Shown here: piece after piece, positions 8,610 through 16,814 of the stretch | How the letters are laid out: each line of letters starts with the position of its first letter | How positions within the stretch are numbered: position 1 is the stretch's first letter | Assembly: GCA_965662175.1 (NCBI GenBank) | Contig: CBFIGT010000042.1 | Span: 1 to 17,235, forward strand | Reading direction: 5' to 3' | DNA from: Arcobacter sp. | Lineage (GTDB): Bacteria; Campylobacterota; Campylobacteria; Campylobacterales; Arcobacteraceae | Length of the DNA stretch: 17,235 nucleotides | The notes under the pieces: generated by a model | Databases searched by the model: none | What the model was told of the DNA's origin: nothing | The model's input: the letters and a program-made list of their open reading frames with translations, nothing else | Made by a program: the position numbers and the translations under genes

Positions 8610-9847
8610 TTTCCTAACCCCACTAAATATAAGATATTGTTTGTTGTGTCTAAAGCTTTTTTTGATAAATCATCAAAATATGCACCAATCCCTGTTGAAT
8701 TTATCTTCAAATTTGTAGCTCTTAACATAATAATATGTGCTAAAAATCCAGCAATAATATAGTTTTGGGAGTAGTTACTATCTATTTTTGATGTGAAAAA
8801 TAGTGTTACAGCTGATGTTCCACCAATATTTTGATTAAAAGCTAACTCTTTTGAAAGCTCTCTAAACTCTCCACTTTTTTGTAAGTTTGACTCTTTGTAA
8901 ATAGCTTTTTCTAAACCCTCAATATTGTGATTTATAAAAAATATCTCTAAGCCATATTTGTTTGAAAACTCAAAAATATCTTTTAAAATCGTTTCAAACT
9001 CTTTTTTTAATATTGATTCATTTTTAAAAGCTCTAGCTGACCTTCTTTTATCAATAGCTTCTTGTAGGTCACTCTTTTTTAGATTGTTTAGAAATTTAGG
9101 TTTAAACTCAATAAAATTTTCTTTATAAAAATTTGAGTAATAGTTTTCAATAAAATCATCTTTTATAAAATAATCACAAGGGTTTACAAAAGGAATTTTT
9201 TCTCTTAACTCTTTTGTTTTTATTTGTTTGTATGGATTTAGATAAATTGCAGCTAAAAAGTGTTCATAATTATCAAAAGAGAATAACTCATTTAAACTCT
9301 TTATTTGAAATGAAAAATTAAATTCAAACTCTTTTAAAAGCAATGCACTATAAATTGAAGCTAATTGGTGACCACTATCTAAGAGGAGATATCTTATTGC
9401 TCTTTTTTCATATTTCCAAGTAGTTCTAAAATATACATTACTTATTAATATTATAAACTCATGTTGTTCTATATTTAAGTAGTATTCAACTCCATCATTT
9501 GTTAATTCATGTATTAAACATAGGTTATTTTCCAAAGGTTCATAGTGATAAATACCATTTAAAAAAGATTTAACTCCTCTTATTTGGATATATATTTCAC
9601 AAGGATAAAGACCACCAGCACTTGGATTTGACCTTAAGTTTACTTCATCTTTTCCATATTTTTTAGTGAAAGTGCTTTTTCCAAAGTTTTTTATAAAATC
9701 TAGTTGGGGATAATCATCTAAACTAAATCTTCTAAAAAAGTTTGGATATTTTTTATAAGCTCTTGCTTGAGTTTGCCAGTCTATAAACTGTATTTGGGTG
9801 AAAGCATTTTTTTTAGTAATATCTGTACTATTATGAAACTCTTGCAT
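8606..9847 (-). CDS. SagB/ThcOx-type nitroreductase-family flavoprotein (two domains)
   Basis: LRSNPSAGGLYPCEIY, WKYEKRAIRYLLLDSGH, second-domain IDKRRSARAF and TGIGAYFDD. Confidence 0.88.
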   Translation of the reverse strand: MQEFHNSTDITKKNAFTQIQFIDWQTQARAYKKYPNFFRRFSLDDYPQLDFIKNFGKSTFTKKYGKDEVNLRSNPSAGGLYPCEIYIQIRGVKSFLNGIYHYEPLENNLCLIHELTNDGVEYYLNIEQHEFIILISNVYFRTTWKYEKRAIRYLLLDSGHQLASIYSALLLKEFEFNFSFQIKSLNELFSFDNYEHFLAAIYLNPYKQIKTKELREKIPFVNPCDYFIKDDFIENYYSNFYKENFIEFKPKFLNNLKKSDLQEAIDKRRSARAFKNESILKKEFETILKDIFEFSNKYGLEIFFINHNIEGLEKAIYKESNLQKSGEFRELSKELAFNQNIGGTSAVTLFFTSKIDSNYSQNYIIAGFLAHIIMLRATNLKINSTGIGAYFDDLSKKALDTTNNILYLVGLGK

Positions 9848-10283
9848 TTTTTAACATTTTTACAATTTTTGGAGTTACCGCTAAATCAATAGCTTTAAAG
9901 CCATCAAGATTTTCATATGAACAATCAGCACCATGTTTTAAAAGAAGTTCCACAAACTCCTCTTTTCCAGCACTTGCACAATACATCAGTGATGTTACAT
10001 CATTTACATTTTTTGAATCTATTTCAATACCAGCACTTATTAAAAGCTCAAAACACTCATAAGAGTTAGCAAAACATGAGTTCCAAAGTGCTGAGTTACC
10101 ATCTACATTTTTGATATTTAAATCAACGCCTAAGTTAATCAACTCTTTTACTAAAGCTACTTTTCCCTCTCTTGCTGCTTTCATAATAGGAGAGTTTCCA
10201 TATTTTCCTGTGTCATTTAAATTAGTTTGACTATAACTATTTTCCAAAAGCCACTGTTTTAACTCATTACTTAATGTTTTCAT
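9831..10283 (-). CDS. Ankyrin-repeat protein
   Basis: Repeats GNSPIMKAAREG, GNSALWNSCFAN, DVTSLMYCASAG, GFKAIDLA. Start placed at ATG 10283 (ATGA overlap) rather than the track's TTG. Confidence 0.9.
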   Translation of the reverse strand: MKTLSNELKQWLLENSYSQTNLNDTGKYGNSPIMKAAREGKVALVKELINLGVDLNIKNVDGNSALWNSCFANSYECFELLISAGIEIDSKNVNDVTSLMYCASAGKEEFVELLLKHGADCSYENLDGFKAIDLAVTPKIVKMLKNARVS

Positions 10284-10801
10284 ACTCCCATCCAATTCTC
10301 ATGAACATGACCTTTTGCTTTATAATTAACTGTCTCTTCAAGTTTTATTTCTAAATCATCTAGATTATAAGAAGACTCTGCATTTGTTGGTATCTCTTTA
10401 TATTTTATTAGACCCTCTTTATCTATAATAAAAATAGATTTTGCAACTAACTCTTCGTTTAGATTTACACCAAATTTAAGTGAAAATTTATTGAAGTCAT
10501 TTGAGATAAATCCCTCATCTAAGTTATAGGCTTCTTTTACTTTTTTTATATTTTCAAGTGAACTATTTGTGATGATATAGACTAAAAGTTTTGATTTAAA
10601 TTTATTTAAAATATCATGTAAACCGTTGTTATAATCTTTTATCTCGGGCATAGTAAGCATAACTTGTATTTTAGGTGCCATCATTCCTATAACTTTTGTT
10701 TCATCATTTAACATTTTTACTCTAATAGCTGGTGCCTCTGACTCAATTTTTCTCTCTTTTGCTTTTAGTATATAAAACTCTTTTTTGTATTTTACTTCCA
10801 T
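10280..10801 (-). CDS. Thiol-peroxidase (Tpx)-fold protein with no cysteine (173 aa)
   Basis: Start at ATG 10801 (TAATG overlap, RBS AAGGA). Tpx-like landmarks EAPAI, QVMLTMP, SNDF..FSLKFGV, AKSIFIIDKEGLIKYKEI. Confidence 0.78.
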   Translation of the reverse strand: MEVKYKKEFYILKAKERKIESEAPAIRVKMLNDETKVIGMMAPKIQVMLTMPEIKDYNNGLHDILNKFKSKLLVYIITNSSLENIKKVKEAYNLDEGFISNDFNKFSLKFGVNLNEELVAKSIFIIDKEGLIKYKEIPTNAESSYNLDDLEIKLEETVNYKAKGHVHENWMGV

Positions 10802-11178
10802 TATAAAATTTCCTTGTGTGTTATTTGACAATTTGTATCTATTATCATTAGTGATTTTTTTAATTGATTTCTTTCATCTTTTATTTCAAAGGTTTTTGAA
10901 AACTCTTTAAACTCTTTTGAAATTAGATTCTCTTTTAGGCTATAAATTTTTATAATCTCTTCACAATCCTCCATAGAACTAGCTGTTATAATAAAAGCAT
11001 CTGCTCTATTTTTGAAAAAAGAGATAGCTTCATTTAGCTCATTATTGAACTCTTTTATATTTGGTAGAGTCATTACAACCTGTACTTTCTCTTTTGGAAT
11101 TCCCAAAAGCCTTGTATTTCCATTTATCATTTGTAAGGCTAAGGCATTTACAATAGGTCTTTGTAGATTAATGCTCAT
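10801..11178 (-). CDS. Shorter paralogous Tpx-fold protein (125 aa)
   Basis: Aligns by eye with the downstream gene (QVVMTLPNIKEFNNEL vs QVMLTMPEIKDYNNGL; KSLMIID vs KSIFIID); overlaps the nifN end by 11 nt. Confidence 0.72.
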   Translation of the reverse strand: MSINLQRPIVNALALQMINGNTRLLGIPKEKVQVVMTLPNIKEFNNELNEAISFFKNRADAFIITASSMEDCEEIIKIYSLKENLISKEFKEFSKTFEIKDERNQLKKSLMIIDTNCQITHKEIL

Positions 11179-12463
11179 GGAAAGCTCCTTGATTATGGTG
11201 ATTTATCAAGTTTGCTAACTCAAAAAGTAAATAAGTACTTCCCTCATAAAGTATGTCATTTTTAAGTTGATTTCCAACTCCCTCAAAATCAGGAAAACCT
11301 CTTAAAAGTAGAGCTTTTTTATGTTTGCTTGTATATCTTTCTCCATGAAAGTTTGAGATTAAAACATCACTCTCTTTTAGATATTTTTCCACATCTTCAA
11401 AATCACCAATAAGCAAATGCTCACACTCTATATTTTCTAATAAATCATTTTTATGAGTAGTTACTATTGCTTTTATATTAGCACCAGCTTCTACAATAGT
11501 ATTGGCAATACTAATACACTGATCAGGTTCTAAAGCCAATACAACAGAAGCACTTCCTATAGCAAAATGGCTATCAAGTAAGGCATCTTGTAATCTTTTT
11601 CTCCATCTTACAATACTAGGATGAGGAGCTGATAACTCTTTGATTTTGCATAGGTTTTTAAAAAGTTTATCATTTTGTTCTAATCCACCAAGAGAGTCAA
11701 AATGTAAAAGGTTTATATTTTCATTTTTCTCTTTTAGTTTAAGACCAGCTTTTTTAACACTAGAGCCAACTGAAATTGCCAAAGAGCATGAGGCTAGTTT
11801 TTTTATCTCTTCTATAGAAATCCCACCACTACTAAGTGCTCCTTGTTTTAAACCTAAGTGACCATCAAGTGATTCACTTAAATCAGGCAGGGCAAAAACC
11901 TCATAACCAAAAAGTGCTACTGTATCTTTTAGTTTTTCTATCTCTATTGGTTTTAGATTTACATTAGGAATAATCACGGCTTTATTTGTATCTATTTGAG
12001 TATCTTTTTCAACTACTTGTTCAATTATTGCTTCAATAGATTTTGCAAAACCACTCTCAATAGAACCCTCAAAATCAGGGGTATTTACATAAACCATCTC
12101 TTGTTGGTCTTGTACTAATAAACAAGCACCTTTTATATCATCCCCTTTTGTCTCAGTTAGACCTGTGGTAAAAAGACCTACTAAATCAGGTTTTACTTTT
12201 TTTGTGATATTTTTGATTGATTCACTTATTGCATAATCTCCACCATCAATTACAGCTGTTATATCATTTACAGCTGTTGTTTGAACAGCAATTGGGTCAT
12301 TGAAATGTCGAGTGAAAAATACCTTAGTAAAAGAGGCACACCCTTGGGCACCATGCATAAGAGGCATACAGTTTTTAATCCCCAAAAAACAAAGTATCGC
12401 ACCCATAGGTTGAGAGAGTTTTATAGGGTTTAGTTGTAAGGGTTTTTTACTAATTGCTTCCAT
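11168..12463 (-). CDS. nifN: FeMo-co scaffold subunit NifN
   Basis: NPIKLSQPMGAILCFLG, MHGAQGCASFTKVFFTRHFNDPI, TTGLTETKGDD, RWRKRLQDALLDSHF. Start moved to ATG 12463 (RBS AGGA) because the track's start lies inside the promoter. Confidence 0.93.
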   Translation of the reverse strand: MEAISKKPLQLNPIKLSQPMGAILCFLGIKNCMPLMHGAQGCASFTKVFFTRHFNDPIAVQTTAVNDITAVIDGGDYAISESIKNITKKVKPDLVGLFTTGLTETKGDDIKGACLLVQDQQEMVYVNTPDFEGSIESGFAKSIEAIIEQVVEKDTQIDTNKAVIIPNVNLKPIEIEKLKDTVALFGYEVFALPDLSESLDGHLGLKQGALSSGGISIEEIKKLASCSLAISVGSSVKKAGLKLKEKNENINLLHFDSLGGLEQNDKLFKNLCKIKELSAPHPSIVRWRKRLQDALLDSHFAIGSASVVLALEPDQCISIANTIVEAGANIKAIVTTHKNDLLENIECEHLLIGDFEDVEKYLKESDVLISNFHGERYTSKHKKALLLRGFPDFEGVGNQLKNDILYEGSTYLLFELANLINHHNQGAFHEH

Positions 12464-12491
12464 TCTATTTCCTAAGAGTTTTAGGATTATA

Positions 12492-12507
12492 TGCAAGAAG
12501 TGTTCCT
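12492..12507 (-). promoter_or_regulatory. sigma54 (-24/-12) promoter of the nifN operon
   Basis: Minus strand AGGAACACTTCTTGCA, GG-N10-GC, 28 bp upstream of the nifN ATG. Confidence 0.85.
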
Positions 12508-12521
12508 ATAAAAAATATGTT

Positions 12522-13388
12522 TTAATGTTCTTTTAGTTTCTTCAAAATATCAAAACTTTCAAGCTCAAACTTTGAAAAGGCAAACCACTTTTTACCTAAA
12601 TCTTTAAGACTAGCTCCTAGATGGTAAATCTCTTTTTTATCGATGATTATAAATCTATCGTGTGAATTCTTGAATATTTTTAACTCTATATTTTGATATT
12701 GTTTTGAGTATTTTTCAAAATCAAGTTGTAGTTGTTTTGTGATATTTGAGGTGTAGATTTTAATTTGAATATTTGGATATTTTGAAAAAAGTGTAAGTAC
12801 TGTTTCATCTATATAGTTATCTATAAGTATTACCTCATCTTGTATAGTTTTAAGTAAGTCATTTATAAAAATATAAGCATCAAAAACTTGTCCATTATAG
12901 AATATTCTTTGTTTTGGTTTTAGAGTTTTATCTTCAAGTAAATTTGAAATATTTTCAACTTTTGATTTTAAAATTATTACATCATGTTCAAGCTCTTTAA
13001 ATCTTTGATTTGTAATTTTCTCACCATTTAGAACATAAGCATGTTGAATATAGTTTTTAAGAACTGATGTTGCCCATTGTCTAAATCTTACACCTTTTTG
13101 CGATTTTACACGATAACCAATAGAGATGATTACATCTAAATTGTAATACTCTACATCATATCTTTTTCCATCAGAAGCAGTTGTCGCAAAATTTGCGACA
13201 ACTGAAAATCTAACAAGTTCACCTTCAGTAAAGATATTGTTAATATGTTTACCAATAGTTTTTACATCTCTACCAAAAAGTTCGGCTATTTGATTTCTAT
13301 TTAGCCAAACACTCTCTTGCTCAACTGAAACTTTTAATTCCAGTTCCCCATCATTATAAACTATGATATTTGAGATATTTTCTTGCAT
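12522..13388 (-). CDS. RhuM-family putative DNA-binding protein with a C-terminal PLD-like domain
   Basis: ESVWLNRNQIAELFGRD, TIGKHINNIFTEGEL, YYNLDVIISIGYRVKSQKGVRFRQWAT; C-terminal LIDNYID...HDRFIIID...YHLGASLKDLGKK. Confidence 0.88.
   Translation of the reverse strand: MQENISNIIVYNDGELELKVSVEQESVWLNRNQIAELFGRDVKTIGKHINNIFTEGELVRFSVVANFATTASDGKRYDVEYYNLDVIISIGYRVKSQKGVRFRQWATSVLKNYIQHAYVLNGEKITNQRFKELEHDVIILKSKVENISNLLEDKTLKPKQRIFYNGQVFDAYIFINDLLKTIQDEVILIDNYIDETVLTLFSKYPNIQIKIYTSNITKQLQLDFEKYSKQYQNIELKIFKNSHDRFIIIDKKEIYHLGASLKDLGKKWFAFSKFELESFDILKKLKEH
13178..13204. repeat. Perfect 27-bp palindrome inside the RhuM-family gene
   Basis: CAGTTGTCGCAAA-A-TTTGCGACAACTG (13-bp arms, 1-nt centre). 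Confidence 0.95.
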
Positions 13389-13415
13389 TTTTTAGCCTTT
13401 TATATTTATACAAGA

Positions 13416-13421
13416 ATTATA
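13416..13421 (-). promoter_or_regulatory. Possible sigma70 -10 box for the RhuM-family gene
   Basis: TATAAT on the minus strand 27 bp upstream of the ATG; weak evidence in AT-rich DNA. Confidence 0.4.
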
Positions 13422-13617
13422 AACACTTTTTTGATAATGACTTAAAAATATTTCAATTTGTTATTTTTTGATGGTTTTGTTTTTTACCAATTTTTTAGAA
13501 AAAATAGCATAATTTATTTTTCATTTTATTTTATTTTTGCTTTTTGTTGCCCTTGTCTCTTTTTTCACCTTTTTCTTTTAGCAAGAACATGTAAAATATG
13601 TATTTAAATATTATTTC

Positions 13618-13626
13618 TGATACAAT
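13618..13626 (+). promoter_or_regulatory. Possible extended -10 box for the R-M gene
   Basis: TGATACAAT (TGn-TAcAAT) 32 bp upstream of ATG 13659. Confidence 0.35.
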
Positions 13627-13658
13627 TTCATTATAAAAAATTAAAAAAAGAAACAACA

Positions 13659-16600
13659 ATGCAACTACTTCAAACTTATCTTGACAACTGTAACAGACTT
13701 TTACAAACTGGAAATGCAAGAGAACACAGCTACCGTGGTGACTTACAACAACTTCTAAATGAAATCATAAACGATAAAGATATAGTAGTGACAAATGAAC
13801 CTGCAAGAATAGTAAATGTGGGAGCACCTGATTATAGTATTACTAGAAAAGATATTCCCATAGGTTATATTGAAGCTAAAGATATAAATAAACCCCTTGA
13901 TAGCAAAGAGTATAAAGAGCAATTTGATAGATATAAAAATGCTCTTGATAATCTTATTATTACTGATTATTTAGATTTTTGGTTTTACAAGCAAGGTGAA
14001 CTTACAAATAAAATATCAATAGCAAAAATAGAAAATAACAATATCATCCCACTTCCTGAAAACTTTGAGATATTTAAAAATAGTATTCTTAGTTTTATCT
14101 CTTTTGTATCACAAACAATTACAAGTCCAAGTAAACTAGCTCGTCTTATGGCAGGAAAAGCAAGACTTCTTGAAAATGTGATTGAAAATGCAATTTTAAG
14201 TGATGATGAAAATGAAGCAAATAATTCACTAAGAAATCAATTAGAGATTTTCAAAGCTAGTTTAATACATGATATAACTCCAAGCTCTTTTGCTGATATT
14301 TATGCCCAAACTATAGCTTATGGGATGTTTGCAGCAAGGTTACATGATACTACACTTGAAAACTTTTCAAGACAAGAAGCTGTTTTTTTAATTCCTAAAT
14401 CAAACCCTTTTTTAAGAGGATTATTTAACTATGTTTCAGGGGCTGAATGTGATGATAGACTTATATGGATAATAGACTCTTTAGCTGAAATATTCCTAGC
14501 AACAGATGTAAAAAAACTACTTGAAGGCTTTTCTCAGAAAACAGGGATGAATGACCCTATAATCCATTTTTATGAAACTTTTTTAGGTGAATATAATCCA
14601 GCTCTTAGAAAAAGTAGAGGTGTATGGTACACACCCGAAGCGGTTGTAAACTTTATAGTAAGAGCTTGTGATGATGTTCTAAAAGATGAGTTTGGCTTAG
14701 AAGATGGTTTAAGTGATGAAACAAAAATCAAAATCAAAGTAGATGACCATGATGCTGGTTATACAAAATCGGGTCAAAAAAGACAAAAAGAGATAGAAAC
14801 ACACAAAGTTCAGATTCTAGACCCAGCAACAGGAACAGGAACTTTTTTAGCTGAAACAATAAAACATATCAAAAAAGGTTTTTGGGGTGGTTCATGGAGT
14901 TCTTATGTGGAAGAGCATCTAATCCCTAGACTAAATGGTTTTGAGTTACTGATGGCTTCGTATGCAATGGCACATTTAAAACTAGATTTACTTCTATTAG
15001 AATCAGGATACAAACCGATAAATCAAAAAAGATTTAATGTATTTCTTACAAACTCACTAGAAGAGCATCACGAGCAAACAGGAAGTCTGTTTTCTTCATA
15101 CCTAGCAAATGAGAGTAAAGAAGCTGATAGAATCAAAAAAGAAGCTCCTGTAATGGTAGTGATGGGAAATCCACCTTATGCAATTAGTTCTTCTAATAAA
15201 AGTGAGTGGATACAAAATCTAGTACAAGATTATAAAAAAGATTTAAATGAAAGAAATATACAACCCCTTTCAGATGATTATATAAAGTTCATAAGATATG
15301 GACAACACTATATAGAAAAAAATGGTGAGGGCATATTAGCTTATATCTCAAATAACTCATTTATAGATGGAATTATACATAGACAGATGAGAAAATCTCT
15401 TTTAGAGTGTTTCGATACTATTTATATTTTAGATTTACATGGAAATAGTAAAAAACAAGAGGTTTGTCCTGATGGTTCAAAAGATGAAAATGTCTTTGAT
15501 ATTATGCAGGGTGTGAGTATTAATATTTTTGTAAAAAAGAAATCTAAAAGTAAAAAACTAGCTGATGTGTTTCATTATGATTTACAAGGGAAAAGAGATT
15601 TTAAATATACTTTTCTAAATGATAATGGCATTAAATCTATTGAGTGGAAAAAAGTAATTTATACAAAACCTAATTATTTATTTATATATAGAGATAATAA
15701 AATAGAAATATCCTACGCTAAAGGCTTCCACATTGATAAAATGTTTACACTAATTAATGCGGGATTAACAACAGCAAGAGATTCGTTAACAATTACTGAT
15801 GATAAAAATAATTTTGAACAAATAATTAAAGATTTTAGAGAAAATGATATTGAAGAATTAAGAGTACAATATAAATTGCCAAAAGACTCAAGAGATTGGA
15901 CAATAAAAGGTGCTAAAAATGATTTATTGCTAAATACACCATTGATTAAAAATATTGCATATAGACCATTTGATAATAAATATATTTGTTATACTCAAAA
16001 GTCTAAAGGATTTTTATCATATCCAAGATTTGAAATTATGAAACATATTCTAAGAGATGATAATATTGGATTAATTAGTCAAAAAGGGTTAAAGGGTCAA
16101 ATTTTTATTACTAATAATATTTTAGATGGTAATTATATGTCAGGTAGAACACATCTTTTCCCTTTATATTTGTACAGTGATGAAAACTCACTAACAAACG
16201 AAAGAACTCCAAACCTAAACCTAGAAATAGTAAAAGAGATTGAAGAAAAATTAAATCTAAAATTTGTAAATGAGAAAATTCAAAATTCAGAATTAAACAT
16301 TCAAAATTCAACCTTCGCACCTATTGATATTTTAGATTATATTTACGCAGTTTTACACAGTCCAAACTACAGAGAAACATATAAAGAGTTTCTAAAAATA
16401 GACTTCCCAAGAGTGCCTTATCCTGATATTAAAACATTTTGGTCTTTAGTAGAATTAGGTGGAAAATTGCGACAAATTCACTTGCTAGAAGATAGTAGTT
16501 TAGATAAAAGAATTATAGATATATGTGGTGAGGGTAGTTTAGAAATAGTAAATAAACTAAATAAAAAAGATTTTAAAATAGAAGATGATAAAGTAACTCT

Positions 16601-16814
16601 AAATATCAATAGTGAAGTATCTATTATAAATATTCCTTTAGTTGCATGGGAATTTTATATAGGTGGATATCAACCTGCTCAAAAATGGCTAAAAGATAGA
16701 GTAGATAGAACACTAAGCCGAGCTGATATGAAACACTATAATAAAATCATAAATGCACTTGTAAAAACAGATGAGACTATGAAAAAGATTGATGAGGTTT
16801 TAGATGAATATTAG
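13659..16814 (+). CDS. Single-polypeptide restriction-modification enzyme: nuclease-like domain + N6-adenine methyltransferase + Type ISP-like specificity domain (Type IIG-like)
   Basis: N-terminal EHSYR...GAPDY...IGYIEAK (PD-(D/E)xK-like), GVWYTP, motif I ILDPATGTGTF, motif IV GNPPY, C-terminal LKIDFPRVP...IGGYQPAQKWLKDR. No helicase motifs seen. Confidence 0.88.
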   Translation: MQLLQTYLDNCNRLLQTGNAREHSYRGDLQQLLNEIINDKDIVVTNEPARIVNVGAPDYSITRKDIPIGYIEAKDINKPLDSKEYKEQFDRYKNALDNLIITDYLDFWFYKQGELTNKISIAKIENNNIIPLPENFEIFKNSILSFISFVSQTITSPSKLARLMAGKARLLENVIENAILSDDENEANNSLRNQLEIFKASLIHDITPSSFADIYAQTIAYGMFAARLHDTTLENFSRQEAVFLIPKSNPFLRGLFNYVSGAECDDRLIWIIDSLAEIFLATDVKKLLEGFSQKTGMNDPIIHFYETFLGEYNPALRKSRGVWYTPEAVVNFIVRACDDVLKDEFGLEDGLSDETKIKIKVDDHDAGYTKSGQKRQKEIETHKVQILDPATGTGTFLAETIKHIKKGFWGGSWSSYVEEHLIPRLNGFELLMASYAMAHLKLDLLLLESGYKPINQKRFNVFLTNSLEEHHEQTGSLFSSYLANESKEADRIKKEAPVMVVMGNPPYAISSSNKSEWIQNLVQDYKKDLNERNIQPLSDDYIKFIRYGQHYIEKNGEGILAYISNNSFIDGIIHRQMRKSLLECFDTIYILDLHGNSKKQEVCPDGSKDENVFDIMQGVSINIFVKKKSKSKKLADVFHYDLQGKRDFKYTFLNDNGIKSIEWKKVIYTKPNYLFIYRDNKIEISYAKGFHIDKMFTLINAGLTTARDSLTITDDKNNFEQIIKDFRENDIEELRVQYKLPKDSRDWTIKGAKNDLLLNTPLIKNIAYRPFDNKYICYTQKSKGFLSYPRFEIMKHILRDDNIGLISQKGLKGQIFITNNILDGNYMSGRTHLFPLYLYSDENSLTNERTPNLNLEIVKEIEEKLNLKFVNEKIQNSELNIQNSTFAPIDILDYIYAVLHSPNYRETYKEFLKIDFPRVPYPDIKTFWSLVELGGKLRQIHLLEDSSLDKRIIDICGEGSLEIVNKLNKKDFKIEDDKVTLNINSEVSIINIPLVAWEFYIGGYQPAQKWLKDRVDRTLSRADMKHYNKIINALVKTDETMKKIDEVLDEY
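16278..16312 (+). repeat. Five degenerate tandem heptamers within the R-M gene
   Basis: ATTCAAA ATTCAGA ATTAAAC ATTCAAA ATTCAAC. Confidence 0.7.

Noticed and set aside
12470..12486. Inverted repeat TCCTAA-N5-TTAGGA that could hide the nifN RBS
   Set aside because: The predicted sigma54 start site (about 12481) would leave most of the 5' arm outside the transcript.
13531..13719. 62-aa minus-strand ORF
   Set aside because: Overlaps the R-M start antisense, low complexity, no family signal.
16111..16320. 69-aa minus-strand ORF
   Set aside because: Antisense to the R-M gene, partly produced by the heptamer tract.
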